A DNA stretch of 64,000 nt from Chrysomallon squamiferum (Eukaryota; Animalia; Mollusca). The stretch spans positions 9,238,001 through 9,302,000 of the forward strand of contig CM022666.1 in NCBI GenBank assembly GCA_012295275.1, given 5' to 3'. The notes below the pieces were generated by a model. The model saw nothing but the letters and a program-made list of their open reading frames with translations. It ran no database searches and was not told where the DNA came from. A program made the position numbers and the translations under genes. Positions 53,595 through 64,000 of this stretch are shown piece by piece. Positions within the stretch are counted from its first letter, which is position 1, and the number at the start of each line of letters is the position of its first letter.

Positions 53595-53960
53595 GACTGT
53601 CTGAAGTCATACACTGTCTGCTGTCATGTACTGGCCACTGTCTCATGTCATATGCTGGTAACTGTCTGAAGTCATTTAATGACCTCTCTGCTGTCATATA
53701 CTTTTTGCAGTGGTATTCTGACATTTCTGCTGTCACATACTGACCTCTATCTGTTGCTGTATACTGACCACTGAGTAATGTATATTGACCTCAGTCTGCT
53801 GTCATATATTGACCACTGTCTGATGTTATATGTTCACCACTCTCTATTTTCATATACTGACGAGTGTGTCTGGTGTCACATACTTACCACTGTCTACTGT
53901 CTGATAGTGGCCACAATTTAATGTCTTAGTTACCACTGTGTTTCTGTTACTGACCATCGA
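53595..53960. repeat. Degenerate ~25-28 bp tandem repeat in LRCH intron 1
   Basis: Unit ctgctgtcatatactgaccactgt. Confidence 0.8.
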
Positions 53961-54259
53961 TTGATTTTCTGGTAGTGACCAGTATCAGAGGAAAATAAAA
54001 AGTGTAAAATGACACTGACATGTACTGATGTCTGTATGACATGAATAAACATTATTGATTGATTTGAACACTGCTATGGAAACATGTTAGAAACATGTAT
54101 TGTTTAGTGGTCACCTTTAGCTGACCGACAAGTACTAATCCAGTGAGTTATGATAATTTTCTTTATTACAACTGCTGTAACTTCAGCCACTGTGATTGAT
54201 GACTCTGACTGTTTATTTAACTATTTGCAAATATCACAAGCTTGAAAATATATATTGTT

Positions 54260-54472
54260 TTCTTATTTTCAAAACTGTAGGATTTCTCTTATTCTTAAAA
54301 ATGTAGATTTTTGTCTTATTCTCAAAACTAGTTTTTTCTTTTTCTCAAAACTGTAGATGTTTTTCTTTTCAAAAATACAATTTTTTTCTTTTTCTCTAAA
54401 CTGTAGATGTTTCTCTTTTCAAAAATACATATATTTTTTCTTTTTCTCTAAATTGTAGATTATTTTTCTGTA
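54260..54472. repeat. Degenerate tandem repeat
   Basis: Recurring ttctcaaaactgtagatgtttttc. Confidence 0.75.
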
Positions 54473-56832
54473 GTTCTTATTAATAATTAAAAATAATAAT
54501 TTAAATGCAGATTTTGCACTGCTTAAAACAGTAAATTATTTTTCCACTATTTACTCTACAGTTTGAGCATTTATAATTTGTAAACATACATAGAAAAACA
54601 ACAAGACACACACATACACACATAAACAGAACTACACATAAAACTTCACATAAAAAAAATGCTGTTAGACACATATCTCAGAAATTGAATATAAATTCAA
54701 AATACCAAGAAGTTATCTGCTGGTTATTCTATATTTAGAAAACATTTAAGATACATTTTTAAGAGTGCAAATGACCTGCTGACTGTTGGAAATTATATTT
54801 ATAAATTAAAAATGTCATATTTATAAAGTCACAGAAACTGCAGAACAACTGTAATAGGAGATAATTTGTCATGTCTGAATCAACACTAAGATAACAGTTT
54901 GACTGAGTAACAAGTAATATGAGTATTATTGTGTAGTTTTATCTAAATGATATTAATGAAAATAAAAGGTATTTATATATATATATATATAGATAGATAG
55001 ATAGATAGATGTAGATTTTTTTTTTTTTTTTTTTTTTCAATCTGAATTTCATATAAACAGACTTTCTGTATCCTTGGTAATTACAAGACTTTCTAAGAGT
55101 CCATTCTATCTAAATGAACATCCATGAAAGTGAATTTTACTTTTCATTTTATCTTTTTAATCATGAAATAACTTTCAGATTGAGTTTAATACAAAATCAT
55201 CAAAGCAAATGCAAAATGGTTTTCTTTATCTAACACTGAATTTTTTAATTCACCTTCATTACATATTTCTGGTTGCCTGATTAGCAACAAGCTAGCTATT
55301 CATAACAGAAAGTACATAAATTTAGTGTGTTACTAAACTAGGTTCTAGCTCTAGTTTATTACCAAACCGTTCTAATTAAAGTAAGACTTTAAACTGCCTG
55401 GCACATTTTAACTTGATTAAAAGTATTTTAAATCATAATCCAGTTGCTAGATGATTAGATGAGTAAAGCTCTATGAACATGACATGAATCTTATACACCA
55501 CTGTGTTAAAAGGATTTTATTCATTCAAGCTCAGAACAAATTCTCTGAGTAATTAATTACTAATGCTTGAGATTGGACATCTGATTATAAGAAAGCTGTC
55601 ATAGTTTATGTCAAATCAGTTTTTGTTTAGTTCTATCAGAATAAATGGTATCAATTCTTTTTTCTTTCTCTCATAAAAACTGTTTGCTTTTGGTGGGTTT
55701 TTTTTCATGTTATGAATTAAAATTAAATATTTTTAGTATATTGTTTTTCTGTATGAAATAAACTTAATGAGCTTTTAATTTTGATCACCAGTCAGTGTTT
55801 TCTTTGGCATGCAAACTTTGTTGTGATTTTGATGTTTAGAAACAAATATGACACAGCATTTTTTATGTGGAAATCTCACTAATTAGTGTTTGAGAACAAC
55901 ATGAGTATAATTTATTTAAGTACTGATACAAAAAGTGAAGATGGTATCATCTTATTCTCTCAAGTTTTAATCATTTGTTACATTTATTAGTTATTGAAAT
56001 AATAAGAAAAAAGTAAAAACAAACAAAGAACCCCATTTAAAATAAAAAATATTTAACTATTCTTCAGAAAAAAACACAGTTACATTTAGTTTTTATGTTA
56101 TTCTATGTTTTCAAAAATCTTTTATGAAATTATGGATGTTGCCATTATTATATTCAGTCAGATCAAAAGTGAATTTAGAAATTTACCGATCACTTCTGTT
56201 GCCAATTTAGCTAAATAAAGGTGAAATGAAAGTTTTTAGTGAAGCATGTTTAACTAAACAAAGGGGAATGGGGGAGAAATGTTTGACAAAGGTGAAGAAT
56301 CAATAAGAGTGTATAAAAGTCAAAGTTACTTGATTGTTTATCTTAATTAATTGGTCGTCCATCATCTCACATCTGCTCTGGATTGCAGCTTACATCTTGT
56401 TTGTGCCATCTCATTGGCTATTCAAAGAGACCAGTCTGGGGTATAGCCATTTACCATAAGTATGTTTATAATCTTTCAAACTGTATTTAAAATGTAATAA
56501 AAGAATTAAAAATTAAATTTTCATTTTGTTACAAGATTTATATAATGTGTACACTTTAGAAAGTACATTTCTGCTTATAAAAAATGTGATATTTGTTCAT
56601 AATGATATAAATGTATTTTAACATTTAAGAAAAATATGATTAGTAATTATTTTAAACATTTTCACAAAGACAGATGAGCTGTAGATGACTAATTTGTCAA
56701 ATTTGTAGCTGTTCATTTTGAAACTAATTGCCTCTGTGTGTTTTAAATTTTTAACATATTTTTGTTTAGGAAAAATGCAATTTCATTATATGAACTATTA
56801 AATACTTTTATTATTGTTGTTGTTGTTGTTGG

Positions 56833-56869
<37 letters not shown>

Positions 56870-59800
56870 GAAAAAAATAAGTAGAAATCTAGACAATTAT
56901 AAAGTGTTTTTTTAAAACAGATAACTAAATTTCACAGTTATTTTGTGATGTTTAAAACAAACACAACTTATTATTTATATTTTATATACACCAAGTAGAG
57001 ACATGCATTGAAAATAGATCTTTAGCCATCTGCAAGATCAGCTACTGTGCTCTGTGTAAAGATGAATGACTGCTTTGTCTGGGTCAGCTGTTGGTCAGCT
57101 GTTGAATTATGCATGTAAGAATTCTGATCATATTGTGCATGACTGATTGTGTGTGTTCAAGCAGATAATTATAATCAACATTTTGTTTTAGAAAACCTCT
57201 CCAATTTATAGAAAATTATAATCAACACTTTGTTTTAGAAAACCTTGTCAAGAATTTATAGAAAATTATATACAACACTTAGTGTATCTTTGTAAATTTA
57301 AGTGTGTTTATCTTTTACTGATTGTGTTCAAGGTAGCCAGCCAGTCTTAAAGAATTTTTTTACAGAAGTTTTCTAAAAACAAATTAATTAGTTTATTGAC
57401 TATGTGATGTTGTTCTCACATTACTTGGAGAAGAAAAGAAAATTCTGTTTTTAATCTTTACCAAAATAAGCATCTTCTTCCATCTCTTTAGGTCCTCCAT
57501 TGAAAATCCATTGATTTTTTTCAATAGCCTTGTACATTTAGTATGAATCACCAAATTTCTAAAAAAAGTGTCTTATATTTTTTTGTGTTTTAGATGTTAT
57601 TTTTATGATGAAATTTTAAACAAGACATAATATTTTATTATTTATCTATTACTTTTTTATTTATTTTTTATTTTCATTTTTTATTTTTTATTATGATATA
57701 TATTTTTTTACTTTACTTTACCCTTTTATGTTTTTTATTTTTTATTATTTTTTTTTTAATTATTATATATCTATATATTTTTTGTTTTGTTTTGTAGTAT
57801 TATGCACAGAATAACCTTGTATGTTGTTACTTGATTTTATTGATGTGTTTATTAAAACATCTTTACACTGATGAACCCAGTAAAAGTGTTTAAGACATTG
57901 TGTGACAGTTATTGATCACACCAAAGTGAAATCTCTGTGATGGTGTGTGTAATAACCTAGAGATAGGTTTTATGTGTGTGTCAGCTGCAAACACCACTGA
58001 TCAATGCCTGCTGTTGTACTGTTTAATGTGTAGATTTTGAGTTGCTCTTTCTTTTGTTACATAAATGCAAGATCTGATCTAGAACATTCCTACAAAAAGA
58101 CATTTAAATGTTTAAACTACATCCTTATTTATTCTTTTTTTTTAAACCTTTGTCTATGTAAATGAGCAGTTGTTAAGGTGTATAAAAATAAATATATATT
58201 AATTTTGATGTATACATTTATCTATGCTTTGTAATATTAACAGGGTATGTTTGTGTGTTTGTATGTCTGTGTGTGAGTATATTATGTATGTATGTATGTA
58301 TGTTTATATTTTTATATGCTGTATATGTTCTAAATTTGACAGAAAATAGTATTAATTTAAAATTCAATTCTTGTTCATTATTCAACAACAACAAAATGGT
58401 TTAAATTAGTTTGGCCATCAACATTGACTGAAGACAGCACTTTCACCTAATTCACTGTTTAGTGTCAGAGTTTCCAGCATGCCTGTTTTTCAGTAATTGA
58501 AAACTTTTCTTATCAGTTGGTCAGTAATAAACAAACTTCAGGTCTGGCATTGACCAATGAACACAGATGTTCTCAATCTGACCAGCACACTTCAGCATAC
58601 AACAGTTTGTGTTTTATTCTTTATTTAGGTAAACACTCAGCTAGGTTTTAATGAGTTTTTTTTATTTAGATAAACACTCTCAGTTGATCTCCATCCAAAC
58701 AGAAATATTTATCAATAAGCTTACATGTGCCTGGACTGGTTTTTGTAAACTTTTTTTTTTTTAATTGTGACCTGTAGGCAAAATAAGATTGTGTTAACAT
58801 GTTGTTCATGCAGTCTGGTTACAAGTAGGTTTTCCTGTGTATAGCAAAATACAGATGTAGGTCTGTTGTCAAGAATTTTCACAGTATCTTGTACACACGT
58901 GACTCAGTTAGAAGTTTAGTAATATACTTTAGATTTTAGTAATTAGCAGAAGTTCACAAACATACACATGCTTAGACATGTATATATACATATATAATAA
59001 CACAAACATACACACACAAACATACACATATACAAACACACACATATAAAAACACACACACACACACATACACACAAACATCCTTAATAATTTGTACATA
59101 CATATAAATAAACAGACACACCAGTACCCAGTCAGACATACTGTAGTAAGAGAAAAGTTGTTTTAAGACTACCAGTGTGATGATCTCACATCTGTCACCT
59201 AAAACTTGTGTTAAGTAAAAACTGCTGATGCTTACACCCAACATGTTTCACTCTGTACAATACAAATGAAATTTCAATCACAATGAGTGTCTTGAATCCA
59301 TTAAATTGAGAACTAAGCAGGTTGTGAAATTGGTATGAGAATACTTTTTTAAAACTTTTGTATTATACCCCATTATTTTTTAATATTGATTTTTCAGGAT
59401 CAGTGGGTTTTGGGAGATAAAAAATATGAAGAAAAGAGCTATTTTATGATGAAATTTAAAAAAAATAAAAATAAGAATTAAAATTGAACAAAAGGAAATG
59501 TTGCTGGCTGAAAGTTGGAATCTTGAATGAACAGAATATTGAAAAAAATAAAAAAAATAAAAAAAATAAAATAAATAACAAAAATTAAGAAGATGAAAAG
59601 AAAAGAATCAAAAATTAAAATTAACTCCCCTCCCCCCCCAAAAAAGAGAGAAAGAATAGAGTGAGAAAAAGAAAGGGAAAAAGAATTGATGGTATGGAAA
59701 TTAGAACCTGCAACATAAAGAATTTTTGAAAACTAAAAAAAACTAAAAATTAATATAAAGAAAAAGAAATGTTGGCATTATGGATATTCGAACCTGCAGC

Positions 59801-60274
59801 CTATAGAACTTAATATTTATTTGTGACTACTCTTGTGTCAGATGGAACTGTATTTTCTACTTGAAATTTGTAATTATTTCACTGGGAGATTTGACAAAAT
59901 ACTGTTGCTTTTAATCACACTGGTGATAACTGATGTGGAAACTATTTTCTACTAATCATAGTTAATGATCTGGTTGTGGCAGTGAGTTATTGAAAATAAG
60001 TCACAAGATGTCTACTTTATCTCCTCAACAGACACTTCCTGTTTTCTTCCTATAAACTGCTTGATTACTTTGTGTGTTTGTGTCCATGTGTTGGATTTGT
60101 GTTGTGTGGGTGTGTACATGTCTGGTTTGTGTGTGTATGAGAGAAAGAGGGAAAAAGAAAGATGAATATGTATGTATATATGTATCATGTGTGCATCTGT
60201 GTATGTGTATGTTGAGAGAGAAAAAGGTGGAAAGGTTTTATATGTTTGTATATATATGTATGTGATTGTGTTTG

Positions 60275-60279
<5 letters not shown>

Positions 60280-60342
<63 letters not shown>
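60280..60342. repeat. (GA)n microsatellite
   Basis: Direct reading. Confidence 0.95.
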
Positions 60343-60344
<2 letters not shown>

Positions 60345-63300
60345 TGTGTAAAAGAGAAAGAGAAAAATGCCATATGTTTGCATTAGTGTGTGTTGGTACA
60401 TGTATGAGAAAATGTTAGTATGTTACTGTACATGGTGAATGTGACTATGCTACATGCATGGATAAAAGTTGTGTACACAAGTTTGTCTCTAAGAGTTGTG
60501 TATACATTAAAACAATTAAATGTATGTGTGTCATTGTTTGTATATTTGCTTGTAAGTACAATTTCATTTCAAATATAGCTTACTGTACTTTAACATGTAT
60601 GGTATGTATGTATGTGGTGTATGGACATGCTTACATATTAGATGGGTATACATAGAAACAGTAATTCAATATAGAATGTTTATATAGAAAGAGATACAAC
60701 AGTGACATAAAATATATAGTATTGTAACAGAGCTGATGTATTTATATTCTCATTCATTTGAAAGTCTTTCTCTGATGGAAAAAATGTTATAAATTTCTAT
60801 CAGTGTAATCGGTTTGTTTGTGTGAAGCACCTCTCAGTATTTAATTAATTTGTATGAAATATCTGTATTTGTGTCAGTGTTTTAACACACACACACACAC
60901 ACACTGAATCTTGAATAGCTATTAGTATGCAAGCCAAAAACCAAGAATCTGGCTTCAGTTGTAGCAGTGATATAAATACAGGAATCGATATAATAAACAT
61001 AACCATTCTTTAGAGAATACTGGACAGTATGGGAAACTCGTGGTTGCTAATAGTCATAACAGTTTGAAATAGATATTTAATTTAATTATAACAAGATTTC
61101 CTGATTGTTAAATTCAGGATTCCAAAATGAAGCTGGGCTATTCAAATGTTATAGAAAGAAAAACCTGTTACAAAAGATTAGAAATTTGTAGATCATGCAT
61201 AATGGTTTGAACAAAACAGCATTTCTAAAATATTACATTTGTTTGCATAGAGTGTGAATGACATATTTAACTAAAGTATTTTGTAGAATTTGTATTTAAT
61301 TTTGTCACAATGGCTTCAAAATGTTGTGCTTGATCTGTTACTTTATGCATCCTAAAGAACAGTTTTTATTTATTTTCACAGGGGGTCTGAATGATTTTCT
61401 TTGTGTCAGCTATTCAAGTATTGTGCATCTGGGAAACTTCTCCTTCAAATACATGTATACTCTGATAGAGTACATACACACAGTCTAGCAAACTACAGTC
61501 CATTCTAAATGAGAAACGTCTATATTACTTATCTGAAAAGATGCTTACACTGCAGATAACAGTAACTTTCCACACATACAGGTACACAGAAAATTACCTT
61601 GATTCCAGACACTATTTTTTACTTGATACTGCTTCATAATGTTACAAGAACAATCTTGGTTAATAGTACTTGGATCTATTGCTTACAATTTTTACTAGAA
61701 AATACTAGTTAATAACATCAGTTATTGGTTGGTAATATATCTAGAGAGTATTGTTTGATAATATTACTACTAAGATATAATGATTGATAATATTATAATA
61801 GTATAGTATTTGGTTATAGTTATAATAAGTATGTGATATTGATTAGTTTCATTAGTAAATACTAGAATGTTATTAATTTGTATTTGGTACTATTATCAAG
61901 ATAGTTTGCTTGGTAATATTGTTAGAGCATATTGCTTGGAATGTAATTCTATTGATTGGATTTGTTACTGTAACACATTGCTGTGTAATATTACTATGAA
62001 ACATTGCTTTTAAATATAACCATATATATTGCTTTGTAATCTCACTTGCTCTGTAATTTCAGTAACTTTGTTTACATTACATGGAAAAAAAACAAAGAAC
62101 TACACAGTATTTGGAATGTCGTTTAATTAATATTTTTATTAGTTTCATGTAAAATATGTGAAAATGGTATTTTAACGATAATAAAATTCTGATAAATGAA
62201 AAATGGTAGAAATAACAGAAAGAATAGCCACACATTGTTTTAAAAAAAACTGTTTGGGTTTTTTTGGGGATGATTTATGACTGACATGAAAGGCAGTTTT
62301 TCAAGGTTCAAAATAGTTGGTGTAAGGGTGGAGAGAAAAGCAAACAAAATGAATGTTCTGTTTTGACAGGTAGGTATACTAAATATCTCTGCAGATGTTC
62401 TAACTGTCCTTAGTGAATTAAATAGATATCTGATAGTTGTAGCTGTGTGATACTCAGTGAAGAGATTCAAGTAGTAATACAAACAATTTAAGTGTGTTTT
62501 AACTCAAGTAGTGATACATAAAAAAAATAAGCATTTTCAGATTTTGACTGAAAAAGTGATAAAATGAATTTAAGAATGTGTTGACTGAAGTATTGATATA
62601 AATAATTTAAAAATGTCATTGACTAAAGAACTAATTTAAAAAAAAACAAAAAAACTTTGATTGAACAAATGATATAAAGATATTTTAACTGAAGTAGTGA
62701 TATAAATAAAGATATATGAACTGAAATTACGTATGTAGTAGATGTGTGAATTGTGTTTGTGTGTACATAATACATCAGCTGTGTGTGAAATATGACAGGT
62801 CCTGTTGACATCACTTTTTACCTGTATCTTACCTTCATTTTAACTCTATTTAACTTTTTACAGTCAAAATATTTAAGATTTATTTATTTATTTTGTTTTA
62901 TGATTGTTTGAAATTAATTTATCTTAGTGTTTTGGAAATAATAACAAGAAGGAATACTAATGATTAATAAAATAAAGTAAAATGAAATAAACACACACAC
63001 ACACACATGTACACTCACACATTTTTCTCATATGGATATATGTATATTTGTGTATCAATGTGTTCTTGTGTATGTGTATTCACACATACATTTTTCCATC
63101 ATTCTGATTTTCTCTGTTTTTCTTTCACTTCTTCAATCTCTTATCATCTGTTACTCTTTCTCGTACCTTCTCAATGGGTTTTGAGTAGATGCATATGCAT
63201 GTTTCTTTCTATATATAGATGGAGAAAAACAGTGAGAACAAGATTAAGTTTGCTGTGGAATACAGGAAAGGTTTCAGGAAAAGCATGATAAATGTCAAAT

Positions 63301-64000
63301 TCAAAATTTACTTTATTATAATTTATATATAATATTTAGTCAAACTTATCTTTACCTAAATATTTTGATTTCCTTAAAACATATTTCTTCCCTTTAGAAA
63401 ATGTAACATATTCCCGTCACAGATATATATGCATAAAATGAATGTGTCTAGCTATAAGGATAACTAATATGTAAATAATTTTATAAATTATTTCTATATT
63501 ACTCTATTTTATTATTATTATTATCATTTATTAATTTTTATTATTATCATTTTTTAATTAAATTTAAAAATGATTTGACATTGCAGATTAGATATCTATG
63601 CCAGACTTGCATAAAATATTTTCTTTTTCTTCCATTTTGCATCACAAAATAAACCTGGTTTAGATTTCATATTCATTTCTTTGTACTGACAACCTAAACT
63701 ACATGCAGCCTAGAAGATAACTGTAAATATTTTGTAAGCTGATTTAACCTGGAATAAATGTAGGTTGGCAGATACAGATTCAGCTGTCATACTTTGCCTT
63801 TGGTATTTATTCTTTCTTTCTTCCTTTCATTTGTTTCTTATTTTTATTTTTTATTGCTTCACAGTCTAAACTTGATGAACTTTTTAATTTTTAAAATCAT
63901 TCTTATATGAAAACTTTTCCTTCATTCATCTCTTTTCTTTCCTTTCTTTTTTCTTTTTCTGTCTTATTTTTTCTTTTTCTTTGTCTCTCTATCTGCATTT

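Noticed and set aside
58972-60655. Several 60-130 aa ORFs
   Set aside because: Products of (CA)n, (GA)n and TATG low-complexity sequence.
63218-63290. Possible LRCH exon after a pyrimidine tract
   Set aside because: Stop codon in the required phase 1 and no LRR motif.

Overview
AT-rich, intron-rich animal genomic DNA, probably lophotrochozoan/gastropod (inferred from repeat content and gene style). CpG is depleted in gene bodies and retained at promoters. Four genes were assembled by hand from splice sites and reading phase: (1) TRIP12 E3 ubiquitin ligase, minus strand, 25 coding exons from ATG 26637 to 382, about 1270 aa covering the N-terminal IDR, ARM region and WWE domain, with the HECT end outside the window; (2) FBXO36, minus strand, complete, 5 exons, 203 aa; (3) HS6ST, plus strand, complete, 2 exons, 400 aa, head-to-head with FBXO36; (4) the first coding exon of LRCH, plus strand, followed by an intron of more than 17 kb. 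The most unusual signals are: recurrent 'exon-echo' tandem repeats copied from exon/intron junctions into adjacent TRIP12 introns, some creating decoy or in-frame extra donors; a CpG-rich internal element and a 48-nt in-frame microexon in the 11.5-kb TRIP12 intron that could give a Cys/polybasic alternative N-terminus; uORFs overlapping the TRIP12 start; and TRIP12-FBXO36 adjacency shared with vertebrates but in a different orientation. All homology calls are from recalled protein sequences; no search was run.
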